Shown here one piece after another: positions 51,703 to 62,462 of a stretch of 64,000 nucleotides of DNA (its first letter is position 1; every line of letters starts with the position of its first letter). A model generated the notes under the pieces. It made no database searches. It saw only the letters and a program-made list of their open reading frames with translations, and had not been told where the DNA came from. Source of the DNA: Pirellulales bacterium (GTDB lineage Bacteria; Planctomycetota; Planctomycetia; Pirellulales; PALSA-1355); the NCBI GenBank assembly GCA_963733035.1, contig CAVTBU010000005.1:2112001-2176000 (forward strand), read 5' to 3'. The position numbers and the translations under genes are program-made.

Positions 51703-51895
51703 CGCTACCAATTCCGCGGGTGCAATTACGTCTGGGCACCAGTGTAGCCTACACCTGGCCGATCGAAACATCAAACACCGCAGCCTGGTTCGAGTGTCGC
51801 GCAGGCGCGCAAGATCCCGTCACTTCACTCGATAACTTGACTTATCTGCTTCGCCGTCTCTGAGCGCGACGAAAGGAATCGCGACGCGGATGAGA

Positions 51896-52939
51896 CTAGC
51901 CGCTAGCCACGATACGATCAAAGGCTTGCATTTCGGCTGGACTGCCGACGATCAAAGGCGTTCGCTGATGAATGCTCTGGGGCTTGACGTCCAAGATCCG
52001 GCCCTGGCCGCTGCTCGCTCGGCCGCCTGCCTGTTCGGCAATATAGGCAATGGGATTGGCTTCGTAGAGCAGGCGTAGCTTGCCCTCGGGCCGCTCGTCG
52101 TTGGGAGGATAGAGGAATACGCCCCCCTTGAGTAGCGTGCGATGGAAGTCGGACACCATCGAGCCGATATACCGCGAGGCATAGCGATGTCCGAACTCTC
52201 CGGAGCGCAATCCTGCGACATATTTCCGGTACGGAACTGGAGATCGGTCGAGGTGTGCCTCGTTCATCGAATAGTAAGGCCCCGACTGTGGAATGCGGAT
52301 ATTGGGGTGTGAGAGCACGTAGGCTCCCACGGCCGGGTCCAGTGTAAATCCGTGGACACCGTTGCCGGCGCTGTAAACCAACATCGTCGACGATCCATAA
52401 AGCACGTAGCCGGCCGCAACTTGCTTGTGGCCCGGCTGCAGGACCTCGTCGGCACGAACCGGCTCGTCGAGTGGCCGGGTACGCTTCAAGATCGAAAACG
52501 TGGTGCCGACACTGACGTTCACGTCAATGTTTGACGAACCATCAAGCGGATCGAACACCACAATGTACTTGGCATGTGGCGAACCGCCGTGCGCCAATAG
52601 CGGATGCTCGTTCTCTTCCGACGCCATCATGGCCACGCTCTCGCGGACTTTGAGCGCGTGCAGAAGCATGTCGTTCGCGTACACATCGAGCTTTTGTTGA
52701 ATCTCGCCCTGGACATTCACGTCGCCTTGCACGCCAAGAATGTCGGCGAGGCCTGCCCGGCGCACCTTGGCCTCAATGAGTTTGGTGGCCAACGTGATGC
52801 CCGACAACAGCCAGGAGAACTCACCAGAGGCCCCGGCAAACCGCCGTTGTTCATTGAGGATGTGTTGCTGGACGGTGATTAATGGCGGAAAAGTGAGCCG
52901 TTTGGGCGGCTCGATGGGAGAATCGGCGTCAGCATGCAC
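51896..52939 (-). CDS. fbp: Class 1 fructose-1,6-bisphosphatase
   Basis: QQKLD, SEE, DPLDGSSNID, RYIGS and GKLRLLYE. Start uncertain. Confidence 0.95.
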   Translation of the reverse strand: MHADADSPIEPPKRLTFPPLITVQQHILNEQRRFAGASGEFSWLLSGITLATKLIEAKVRRAGLADILGVQGDVNVQGEIQQKLDVYANDMLLHALKVRESVAMMASEENEHPLLAHGGSPHAKYIVVFDPLDGSSNIDVNVSVGTTFSILKRTRPLDEPVRADEVLQPGHKQVAAGYVLYGSSTMLVYSAGNGVHGFTLDPAVGAYVLSHPNIRIPQSGPYYSMNEAHLDRSPVPYRKYVAGLRSGEFGHRYASRYIGSMVSDFHRTLLKGGVFLYPPNDERPEGKLRLLYEANPIAYIAEQAGGRASSGQGRILDVKPQSIHQRTPLIVGSPAEMQAFDRIVASG

Positions 52940-53239
52940 AGCAGTGGTTTCCCCGGAAACACGACAAACGTTCATTTCAGTTGACGGACCGCCTGGAGCA
53001 AGTATCTCAGCCCGACCCAAACACGGCAATGGCCACCGGCGCCGAGAAAGCTGGGTGGAAAACATGGATCGCCATATCGCACCGGATTGTTCGGCGGCCC
53101 GTCGCCTGGCCGGTTTCTGGCAGCGGCGGGTCTTTGCGAGCGCAATCGTGCGGCTGTCACTGCTGGTGATCGCCCGAAGCGTGGCAGCGAGCGTGCCGGT
53201 GCCGTCGCCGAATAGCCAACAAGTCAGCAAATCGGTGCG

Positions 53240-54280
53240 TTAGACGCTAAAGCGAATATTCAGGATGTCACCGTCCTGAATGACGTAATCCTTGGGCTCT
53301 TGCCGGACGAGCCCATGGGCTTTGATTTCGCGTTCGCTTCCCAGGCGGATCAGGTCCTCGCACGTCATGACCTCGGCTCGAATGAAGCCGCGGGCCAAGT
53401 CGGTGTGAATGTTCGCGGCCGCTTCCAGCGCCGTACCACCTTGCCGCAACATCCACGTGCGAACTTCTTTTTCGCCGGCGGTGAAATAAATCATCTGGCC
53501 TGACACGTCCATCAAGGTGCGAATCAGGGCATCGCGATCGTACCCGCCGACGCCCATCTCCTCGCGAAATGCCACTCGTTCCGAGGGATTCATCCGAGCC
53601 AATTCGAGTTCCAGGCCGACCGGAACAGCTGCCGCGCGAAGCGGTGGCGTACGGTTGGCAAGTTCGTCGAGCAGCCGCTGCGGATTGTCATCATCATCGG
53701 CCGCGTTGAAAACGACAAACTTGGGCTTTTCGGTCAGCAGTCGAAATGAGCGGGTAACCTTGAGTTGTTCTTCATTCATGCCGACGTCGGAAAGTGGCGT
53801 GCCGGATTCGAGTGCACTCAGCAAGGGCTCGAGCGCCGCCAGTTCGGCCAGTTCCTGATCGCGTCCTGGTCGGGGTTTCTTGGTACTCTCGCGAAGCCGT
53901 TCGACACGCCCGGAAACGATCTCCATGTCGGCCAGTAGAAAATCCTCGGCAAAGCTGTCGACGTCGGTCAAGGCCTTGGCGTCGCGTTGGTGGGCACCCA
54001 CGACGAGGACCAGGCAGCCCGCCTCACGAATCTGTGCCAACCGGGCCGCGTTGCCCTCATGCGTACGGCTTAGCCCGGCCGTATCAACCAGTTCCAGCGC
54101 GGCCAGGGTGATCTTCTTGGGGCTATAGATCTTGCAAAGCGCCTCGACTCGCACATCCGGGACGGTCGCCATCGCGCTCTGCGAGGCATGCGCCAGGGCC
54201 GGATCCGGGGGAACCCCCGTCAGCCACTCGAAAAGCGTGCTCTTGCCCGAACCCTGATAACCGATGAGACCGATTTTCAT
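53240..54280 (-). CDS. YchF-like (DUF933) ATPase
   Basis: GYQGSGKST, VPD, YFTAGEKEVRTW, IHTDLARGFIRAEV and YVIQDGDI. Confidence 0.88.
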   Translation of the reverse strand: MKIGLIGYQGSGKSTLFEWLTGVPPDPALAHASQSAMATVPDVRVEALCKIYSPKKITLAALELVDTAGLSRTHEGNAARLAQIREAGCLVLVVGAHQRDAKALTDVDSFAEDFLLADMEIVSGRVERLRESTKKPRPGRDQELAELAALEPLLSALESGTPLSDVGMNEEQLKVTRSFRLLTEKPKFVVFNAADDDDNPQRLLDELANRTPPLRAAAVPVGLELELARMNPSERVAFREEMGVGGYDRDALIRTLMDVSGQMIYFTAGEKEVRTWMLRQGGTALEAAANIHTDLARGFIRAEVMTCEDLIRLGSEREIKAHGLVRQEPKDYVIQDGDILNIRFSV

Positions 54281-54377
54281 AATCGACGACTGGAAACCGG
54301 GTGGAGCCCGGCTGCAAGCGGTGTGAATCGCGAATGGCGGGCCGCACCGATCTCCAAGTCCGTGATGCGGCGCGAAG

Positions 54378-56725
54378 TCAGCGTGACCGGGTTAGCGCGA
54401 GTTCTAATTCGGTCAGCGCATGTTCTACCGCCTCTGCTTCCCGCTTGTCTAGGGTCCGTCCGCCAAAGCGGACACGATAAAACGTGTCGACGATTCGTTT
54501 CGGCAGGTGGGCGATCGGGCGATGATCGGTCCGCTCGGCCAAATGTCCGCAGGCAGCCATCGCATACTCGTGCGCCGTCTCGCCGGTTGGCGGCTCATTC
54601 CCAGCCGCTCGAGGGCCGTTTCGAGGCGACGATACATCTCCAGCACGGGTGCACGCTCACCCGCCTTTCTGCGGGCTATCCAACCCCGACGCGACAACCA
54701 TCGCCACGTGGCGCGCAACCCCACAACGGCGGAAAACAGAAACAGCGAGAACGTCACGGCCACCAGTCCGCCGCGCCAGCTGAACCAATGGCGCCGATAC
54801 CAAAACCAGAACTTTGCCAGCCGGCTTTCTTCGAGTGTTCGAAGCCGGTCCTGCCAAACTTGTACGCTGGTCAGGTGGTCCACGGCGGCTTCCACGCCCG
54901 CCACCAAAGGTTCGTAAACACCCTGCCGCTGTCGTTTGGCATTCAGGCTCGCCACGTAGTTAATCCACAGGACGCGGCCGTAGTCGATCAGCTGCCGCGC
55001 ACGCGCGATCAACCCGGACCCTGTGCCAGACGAACCCTCTTGCGTGCCCTCCGTCGGATCGAGTACCAACCATGCCGCTGATGGAAGACTCTCCCCGGCA
55101 AACTCGTCGGGCGGTATCTGTCCCTGTTCGAGATAGGCCTCGACCCAAGAATGGGCATGCAATTGTTGGACCTGATAGTAGCTGCCGACTTCGTTCCACT
55201 CGCCTCCCTTGAATCCTATAACCATCCGGGCTGGAATACCCTGACTTCTGAGCATCATCACCAACGCCCCGGCGAAGTACTCGCAGTGTCCGCCCTTATG
55301 CGCACTTACGAAATCCTCGAGTGGATCAAGCTCTGGGTCGCGTTCCTGCGGATCAAGCGAGTAGAAGAACTCTCCGGAAAGATGGAAATAGTCGGCTAGC
55401 GCGCGTGCCGCGCCGATGCGATCCGAGCGAGGATCGATTCCTTGATCGCTAAGTATTTTTGCGGCCAGGGCAGTCAACGCGGGAAACGGATTGTCGGCGA
55501 GATCATTCGCAAATGGCTGCAACAACCTCCTAAACAGACTAGACCTTGGTAGCTCTGGACAGGGCAACACCACTCGCTGCCGATCGCCTCTTATACCTGT
55601 CGTTCCGATGTCGAATTCCACTTGTCTCGAACGCAGTTCGTCGGAACGAAAGAGTTGGCCCGAATACGGATCCAACCTCAGGCGCGAATCGGGCTCGTCG
55701 ATTGCAACGGCCGGAGCCACGTGGAAAACCTCCGCGACATCGAGCGGCTCAAGTGAGATCCGCTGTCGCGCGATGGTACTACCGGCCTCGGCCGGCAGCC
55801 GAATGGAGTATGAATTGACCGCCTGCGACCACGTGCGGTCCTCGTATCGGGTGACAACCGAACCACGAAACAGGGGCTCTCCTTTCAACTGTATTGGGCG
55901 ATTGCCCCGCCCGCGATAGAAGGTCACCCGCATCACGACATCGGGATTCTGGATCACTTCGCCCAACTCACCGAGCATCACCGTGTTGGTAAATCCAACT
56001 GTGCGCAATGGCTCGGTGTCAGTCGTTTCGTATTCCGCGGTACCCCACCTGGGCAAAGCAAAAAATATCAGCCCGGCCGATACCGTCGCGAGTAAGCACA
56101 GGAGGATTGCCGTCGGCAGAAGACTCTTCAATAACGCTGGAGGATCGACTGGCAAAGCCCGACCTAGCAAGACAATCGTTTCTGGGGCGAGCGGGCCGGC
56201 ATCATCGCCTGTCGTGGCGGGCGCCGTTTTTCGGCTGCCCAGGTTAAGCTCGTTCGCTTCGCTGGAAAGCAACAGCGTGGCAAACCCGACAACGCCTAAG
56301 AGTAGATAGATCAACAGGAACCACCCGAAAGCCGGACCCGGATACAGCGTGGAGGCGATGGCAATCTGCCCCAAACTCAATAGCGCCAGCTGCCAATAGA
56401 CGCGGGCCGTCTTTGTTTGGAACAACAGCACGTATTGCAAGTACGATTGTAGATTCGCGACTAGGATCAATAGCCCCTGCCGATCCGTGCGGAACGCCGC
56501 CACGGCCGATGCCAACATGATGGCCAGCGCGGTGAGGTCAGCGACGGGCTGGGTGAGGCGAAACATCTTCTTGGAATCGGTGACATACGCCGACACGCCC
56601 ACCATGGCCAAGGTCAGCACGAGAATCAGGACACTCCCCTCTCCCAAGGCCAATAGCACGGTTGCCACAAGCACCTGCAACATGATCAGAAGACGTGCAA
56701 GTTGTCGCAGTTGAGGAGATCGCAT
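54378..56725 (-). CDS. Transglutaminase TgpA-like membrane protein (DUF3488 / TGase / DUF4129), frameshifted near 54580
   Basis: Multi-TM N-terminus; GHCEYFA, HSWVE and DPT; tail FYRVRFG in ORF 54378-54560. Confidence 0.85.
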
Positions 56726-56736
56726 CGGGCCGATGG

Positions 56737-57915
56737 CTATGCGTGGTGGGGAATGATGGGTGAAAAATAACTTGCGAGTTCACCGCCAGCGATATCGACG
56801 GCCAAAATCTGCCGACCGTCAAGTTGCGAGTCGCGCTCGGCGGCTGCCCGATTGAGAACGTTCCAGTCGACCGATCGCGTGCTAATAATAAAGGTTGGCG
56901 TCGATGAAGGAACAAGCGCCAAGGCATGCCCGAGTTCACGCGGGAAATCGGGCTGCTCGTGCGCCTGAACCAGCGCGAGCGCGTCCATCTGCTCTTGTAA
57001 AAATACGGGCGAACCAGAACCTGCGTTGGAAAACGGGCACCGCGCGGCAACCTCGATCAAGAGTTGAGCGCCAGGTTTGCGGCAGACCTCGGCAATCAGC
57101 GTGGCGACAAAACTGACCGCCGTCTCGACGCGTTCCAAGTCCTGTTCATTTGGTTCGCCCGGTTGCCACAGGTCGAGCAGAATCGCCAGGTTTTGGCTGC
57201 GTCGCTGCTCAAACTGCCGCACGATCAGCGCTCCCCGACGCGCCGACGTGCGCCAGTGAATCCAGCGGCGGCTATCTCCCGGCCGCCATTCCCGCAGACC
57301 ATAAAAATCGGCCTCGAGCATGCCGCGCCGGGTGATCCGCTGACTGCCGGATTCGTGCTCGTGTACCATCTTTTCCCAGCCTGGATTCAATTGCCCCAGC
57401 TTGGGATGAACCAACAGCTCGTTGTGCTCAGCCGCGATCAGGCTGTGGCGTATCAACCCCAGCGGAAACCGAGTCGCCGCCCGTAGCGGACCGAAAAAGT
57501 ACCGTCCACGACGGGCCAGTTTTCCTTCATAGAACGATTGCCGCGACTGGGACGCCGGCACATACGGAAAAAAAACGCCGACCCGGGCGGACTCCCCGGA
57601 CACGCCCTCGCGCTGGACCGAATCCTCGACCTTCAGGCCCCACAGGCCCAGCCAACGGCTGGCATTTCTGACCGTGACATCTATGCGCAAAGGTTCGCCC
57701 GCGTGCAAATGCGACGGCAGTCGCCGCTCGACACGAACCCGGCCGAGCGTCAGTCGCCCGTAGAACAGGCTGAAAAGCAGCGGGCCTGCCATGACACAGC
57801 CCACTAGCATCAAGAGGTTCAATTGGCGGCTCACGGCCCCAATGAGCACCGCCAGGAACACGATTATATAGTAGAGCCCTTCGCGGCAAATCCTCAGTTG
57901 GCGCTGGCGAGGCAT
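56737..57915 (-). CDS. DUF58 domain protein
   Basis: RRGRY, FPLGL and LREWRPGDSRRWIHWRTSAR. Confidence 0.9.
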   Translation of the reverse strand: MPRQRQLRICREGLYYIIVFLAVLIGAVSRQLNLLMLVGCVMAGPLLFSLFYGRLTLGRVRVERRLPSHLHAGEPLRIDVTVRNASRWLGLWGLKVEDSVQREGVSGESARVGVFFPYVPASQSRQSFYEGKLARRGRYFFGPLRAATRFPLGLIRHSLIAAEHNELLVHPKLGQLNPGWEKMVHEHESGSQRITRRGMLEADFYGLREWRPGDSRRWIHWRTSARRGALIVRQFEQRRSQNLAILLDLWQPGEPNEQDLERVETAVSFVATLIAEVCRKPGAQLLIEVAARCPFSNAGSGSPVFLQEQMDALALVQAHEQPDFPRELGHALALVPSSTPTFIISTRSVDWNVLNRAAAERDSQLDGRQILAVDIAGGELASYFSPIIPHHA

Positions 57916-58051
57916 GCAAATCACCGATCGCGGAAACCGATTCTTCCCAGACCTGCCCGCCGTGTGGTCCACAGATAATGCACCCGTGGCCCCGCAATTG
58001 CTTCCGGGCCCTGGCCCCCTCATTGTACCAGTTTCATCCGCAGTGGGTTGG

Positions 58052-58993
58052 CTAGCGCGGCACCGGAATTTCGTCGACGAGCCGCCCGACCAAGTCTTCC
58101 ATTGCCTGTCGATGCGTCCCCTGCAAGTAACCCTTGGCAATCACCCGATGCGAGAGCACGGGCACGGCCAGGCGTTTGACGTCGTCCGGAATCACGAAAT
58201 CTCGGTTCTCCACCAGGGCCAACGCCTGACTGGCACGATAGAGACATAGCGCCCCTCGCGTGCTGACGCCAACGCGCAATTCGTCGCAGCGCCGCGTGGC
58301 GTCGACGATATCCAGCAAATAACCGTTGATGCTTTCTTCCATTGACACTTGCCGTACGGCCTGTTGCAGCGTCACCACCTGGTCGGCATCCAGCACGTGC
58401 TCCAAGTTGTCGATCGGCTCGCCAACCCGGTGACTACTCAGCACCTGCAATTCATCGTCACGCTCGGGATATCCGACGGCGATCCGCATCAGGAACCGGT
58501 CGAGTTGGCTCTCGGGCAGCGGATAGGTTCCCTCGAACTCGAACGGATTCTGCGTAGCAATGACCATGAACGGCTGCGGAAGCGGGTACGTCTGCCCGTC
58601 GATCGTCACTTGGTGATCGCTCATCGCTTCCAGGAGCGCGCTTTGCGTGCGCGGAGGCGTGCGATTGATCTCATCCGCCAGGATGATGTTGCCGAAGATC
58701 GGACCGCGGGTGTAGACAAACTGCCCGGTTTGCGGGTTATAGACGTTGCCGCCGGTGATGTCGCTAGGCAGCAAGTCGGCGGTGAACTGGATGCGGCAAA
58801 AGGCTGACGAGATGCTCTTGGCCAGTGCCTTGCCAATCAGCGTCTTTCCCACACCGGGAACGTCTTCTAGCAGGACGTGATCGGCCGCCAACAGTGAAAC
58901 GATGCATAGCCGCACAACCTCGCCTTTGCCCAATACGACCTGGGCGATATTTGCTTCGAGTTCGGCTACGAGGTTCTGCAGCTTGGTGGTCAT
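58052..58993 (-). CDS. MoxR family AAA+ ATPase
   Basis: EDVPGVGKT, RIQFT, DEINR, ATQNP and QLDRF. Confidence 0.95.
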   Translation of the reverse strand: MTTKLQNLVAELEANIAQVVLGKGEVVRLCIVSLLAADHVLLEDVPGVGKTLIGKALAKSISSAFCRIQFTADLLPSDITGGNVYNPQTGQFVYTRGPIFGNIILADEINRTPPRTQSALLEAMSDHQVTIDGQTYPLPQPFMVIATQNPFEFEGTYPLPESQLDRFLMRIAVGYPERDDELQVLSSHRVGEPIDNLEHVLDADQVVTLQQAVRQVSMEESINGYLLDIVDATRRCDELRVGVSTRGALCLYRASQALALVENRDFVIPDDVKRLAVPVLSHRVIAKGYLQGTHRQAMEDLVGRLVDEIPVPR

Positions 58994-59146
58994 GCAACTG
59001 CTCGCTGCCCGCTCTCCGCCGCGAGCGTGCCATGCCATTTAACGTGGTCGATCCGGCCCCGCGCACGGCCAGCGTCCGAGCGCCGCCGGAACGCGAGACT
59101 TTCTATCCTATCCAGGCCGGCCGCCACCGGTCCAGCCCCGACGGGC

Positions 59147-60034
59147 TCAGGTCAGGACTTCTCGGAGGTGAAAGTGAAATTTTCCGAGTCGGCCCCCGTA
59201 GTTGCCGGCAGTGATGGCCAAAACACCGGGACCGCTGGCGGCTCGGATGCCGACAGACATGGCTCGGCTAATTGCCGCTTCGTCGCTACCGTCGATCACG
59301 ACTTCGTAGGCCGCGTTGGCTCCTGCCACCAATTTCGTTTCCACTCGGCCGCGCAGCGTCGGGCAATACGCGTCGGCCGTGGACGCTTTCAATGCCTTGT
59401 AGCGCGATCCCACCTTGCTGCCGCTACGGGCCACGCCACCTGGAAATGGCGTGATTACGCCTGGTAGCGGGTCGATAGCTTCGATCGCCAGCCGTGCGGC
59501 AGCCAGTGCGGCGACTTGGGAGGTACCCTGCAGGATGAAGTTGCCACCGCCAATTCCTTTTGCAACGTGGACCATATCTTCAACGATGAATTCGCCGTCC
59601 ATGACTGGCACGCGCCAGTAGCGACGATCGCCGATGAGCTTACTTTTTTGATAGCCGTCGCCAAAATAGCGGATCGTCTTGCCGAGCGGAATTCGCGATT
59701 CACCACCTGACAGTCCGTCGTACACGGCCGTGGTCGGACAGGTCATCACGCACTGTCCAAGGCGATTCGGCACGACGGCGGCCAATCCGTCGGCCGAAAA
59801 ACCAAACAGCAGAATTGCGGCCCCAGGCCGGCCGTCGGGCGTTTCCTGCGGCGTGAGCAGACATTCGCGGCCGGCTTCGCTATCGCAGGAAATTATCGAG
59901 GAACTATAGCCCGTGACTTCGCGCACCGCTTCGTCGAGCCAATGGTCGTCGTGGGCGGTGACGATCAACCGCACGTAGCGCATTCGGAATGCTTCGGCGA
60001 AGGTGTCTTCGATGTGCGTTCCGTTCAGCTTCAC
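59147..60034 (-). CDS. ftr: Formylmethanofuran--tetrahydromethanopterin N-formyltransferase (Ftr/FhcD)
   Basis: IEDTFAEAF, TPDGRPG, QCVMTCPTT, FGDG, SGSKVGS and AGNYGG. Confidence 0.95.
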   Translation of the reverse strand: MKLNGTHIEDTFAEAFRMRYVRLIVTAHDDHWLDEAVREVTGYSSSIISCDSEAGRECLLTPQETPDGRPGAAILLFGFSADGLAAVVPNRLGQCVMTCPTTAVYDGLSGGESRIPLGKTIRYFGDGYQKSKLIGDRRYWRVPVMDGEFIVEDMVHVAKGIGGGNFILQGTSQVAALAAARLAIEAIDPLPGVITPFPGGVARSGSKVGSRYKALKASTADAYCPTLRGRVETKLVAGANAAYEVVIDGSDEAAISRAMSVGIRAASGPGVLAITAGNYGGRLGKFHFHLREVLT

Positions 60035-60243
60035 GCAATTGGCCTATGTAAACGGGAGGGAGGGGCAAGTTCGATGTCCGGCACGACCATCATGATCGCG
60101 CCCGCCCGACCTGCCAAGTGTAGGTAGTGCCGGCGACATCGGGCCGCGAGGCCGCAGACACGTCATTTACTTGCAACGTTTCGATCATTTTACGATACTT
60201 GGAGGCGGCAGCGGTTTAGCCTTTCCCAAGCGAGGAGCGGACG

Positions 60244-61155
60244 ATGCACATTCCCAACGGCTTTCTGACGGATCCTGTCTGCACGGTCTCAACCTTGGCT
60301 TCGGCCGGCGCGATCGGCTATGGATTCTCGCGCATTCGCCAAGCCGACAGCTCCCGCTCCGGGGCTTTGATGGCCGCCACCGGCGCCGGTATCTTTGCCG
60401 CTCAGATGGTGAACTTTCCGATCGACGGAGGCACCTCGGGGCACGTGCTGGGTGCGGCCGTCGCTGCCATTGCCCTGGGACCGTGGCGCGGCATGCTGAC
60501 GATGGCCATCGTGTTGGCCGTGCAATGTCTGATATTTGGTGACGGTGGGCTAAGCGTGCTGGGCGCCAACGTGCTGAACATCGCCGTCGTGGGTACCTTG
60601 GTGTCCTGGGGCGTCTATCAATACACCACGCGCCGTGTGAGTGGCATGTCTGGCAAGCTGCTGGGAGCAGGCGCGGCAGCGTTTGGTTCGGTGTTGGCCG
60701 CCGCCACCATTTGTGCCGCTGAATTGGCCGTAAGCGGCACGTACGCGATGAGCGAAGTCTTTTCCGCCATGTTGAGCGTGCACTTGCTAATCGCCCTGTG
60801 CGAAGCGATTGTCACGACCGCCGTGGTTGCTGCCGCGATCGCACTGGCGGCCGAACATCGACTTAGCTCGCCGCGCAGCGTGATGTCGGTTGGACTGGCG
60901 CTGGCGATTGCCGTGGCTGGTTTGCTCGCCCCGCTGGCCTCGTCGTCGCCAGACGGCCTGGAGCGCGTGGCCCAGGACCTGAACTTTGCTGCGTTGGCAA
61001 CCGACTCGTTCGCCCTGGTAGCTGGCTATGAAGCACCGGGCGTCGCCTGGCCGGCAGCCGCCGTGGCCTTAGCAGGCATGTTCGGCGTGTTGGTCGTTTT
61101 CGCCAGCAATTATACTTTGGCCCGCGCGGCAAAAGTTCGCCTGCCGAAGCGATAA
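60244..61155 (+). CDS. CbiM/NikM-type ECF S component fused to a PDGLE (NikN-like) domain
   Basis: N-terminal MHIPNG, FAAQMVNFP, GTSGH, DGG and ASSSPDGLE. Confidence 0.9.
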   Translation: MHIPNGFLTDPVCTVSTLASAGAIGYGFSRIRQADSSRSGALMAATGAGIFAAQMVNFPIDGGTSGHVLGAAVAAIALGPWRGMLTMAIVLAVQCLIFGDGGLSVLGANVLNIAVVGTLVSWGVYQYTTRRVSGMSGKLLGAGAAAFGSVLAAATICAAELAVSGTYAMSEVFSAMLSVHLLIALCEAIVTTAVVAAAIALAAEHRLSSPRSVMSVGLALAIAVAGLLAPLASSSPDGLERVAQDLNFAALATDSFALVAGYEAPGVAWPAAAVALAGMFGVLVVFASNYTLARAAKVRLPKR

Positions 61156-61186
61156 CGCAACGCCCCCCATCAACCCAAGCCCAGTC

Positions 61187-61220
61187 GCACCGCGTCGAGC
61201 AACTCGCCGCGGTGCTTTTT
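61187..61220 (+). terminator. Rho-independent terminator
   Basis: GCACCGCGTCGAG-CAA-CTCGCCGCGGTGC followed by TTTTT. Confidence 0.8.
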
Positions 61221-61319
61221 CTTGCGCCGTTACCGCCAAAAGACGACAAAAATGGTTCCCGGGGGCGGGTGCGGACAATGACAGTTTCCAATGATGAGTT
61301 GAAAATGGCGCCAGAACTT

Positions 61320-61625
61320 CTAACCCTTTTTCGATGGTGGATCCGTCTGCGGCATCTGGATTAGAATCGCCTTGGCGACGGCTCTCATAGCGGCCATGTC
61401 CGGGTGAGTAATTAGCGCTTCACAAGATATCGTTTGATCGGTTTGACTGAATTCGTGTAGAGATCTGCCAAAGCGACGAAGAAAGTCATCGATCTCGAGG
61501 CTGAACACCAATCGGCCACGATCTAATTCATGCCCGAGGCCGGAATCGTCGAAGAGCTGGCAAACTGCTTCCATGAACGACGATATCTCGCCTTCGCCAG
61601 AGGATAGCCAACGCCTTCGCTGTAA
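61320..61625 (-). pseudogene. 5'-truncated orphan gene fragment
   Basis: LQRRRWLSSGEGEISSFMEAVCQLFDDSGL...; AT-richer; no start codon of its own at the palindrome. Confidence 0.4.
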
Positions 61626-61686
61626 TGAAAAAGGTTCCTGGCACCTTTTCTGCAAAACCGAAAAAGGTGCCAGGAACCCTTTTTCA
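61626..61686. repeat. REP-like palindrome
   Basis: TGAAAAAGGTTCCTGGCACCTTTT (61626-61649) and AAAAGGTGCCAGGAACCCTTTTTCA (61662-61686). Confidence 0.8.
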
Positions 61687-62397
61687 GGTCGTGGCGGACC
61701 AGGTCCAGTGGCGGTCGGTGGTGGGTTGAACGCTTTGGCCGTCGAAGCCGAGTTGCGAGATGAGTGCGCGAATATCCGAGACCGAGAGCGCAGCACGTAA
61801 CGAATCGTCAAACAGCTTGCGCTGGTGGGCGTTGCAGTTAGCGGCGTAGGTGTCGACCAAGTGCCGCACTTCGGCGTCGTCTCTTGGTCGTGAAAGATCC
61901 CGAAAGAACGCCAATCCGCCGGGCTTGCGCAGCACGCGCACCGCTTCGGCCAGAGTTGCCAGCGGCTCGGGAATGTGGTGCACGATGCTGTTGCTGACGA
62001 CAGCGGCGAAATGACCATCCGCAAAAGGGAGTCGTTTGGCGTCGACTTGCTGCAATTGGATTCGGTCTGTTAGGCCCGCTCGCGCGACGTTTTCGGCAGC
62101 CAATCGCAGCATTTGGGCCGAAAGATCGATGGCCAGGACGCGAAGGGTGGGGCTCTGCCGGCAAAGTTCGATCGGAATTTGCGCCGTGCCGGTACCGAGG
62201 TCGAGCACCTCGACATCCGACCGCAAGCCGGCAGCCGCAAGCGCCGCCAGAAAATCCGCGGCGAAGCGGCGGTTCACCTCGCTGTGATCCATCGCGTCGT
62301 AGTCGCAGGCTTCCTTGGCGGTGTCCATAACCTCCGATTCCAGGACGCGGGTGAGACACGAGTGGTCGGAGGCAAGTGCAGGAATCGGACCGATCAT
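61684..62397 (-). CDS. Class I SAM-dependent methyltransferase
   Basis: VLDLGTGTAQIP, AIDLS, VDAKRLPF and SNSIVHH. Start uncertain. Confidence 0.88.
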   Translation of the reverse strand: MIGPIPALASDHSCLTRVLESEVMDTAKEACDYDAMDHSEVNRRFAADFLAALAAAGLRSDVEVLDLGTGTAQIPIELCRQSPTLRVLAIDLSAQMLRLAAENVARAGLTDRIQLQQVDAKRLPFADGHFAAVVSNSIVHHIPEPLATLAEAVRVLRKPGGLAFFRDLSRPRDDAEVRHLVDTYAANCNAHQRKLFDDSLRAALSVSDIRALISQLGFDGQSVQPTTDRHWTWSATT

Positions 62398-62462
62398 GGG
62401 CGATGTAACCAGGGACGGCCATCCCCGGGCTCTCAATGTAAGGTGACCTCTTGCCGCTGGAA

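Noticed and set aside
54378..58993. MoxR-DUF58-transglutaminase operon as a novel system
   Set aside because: A well-known, widespread gene trio.
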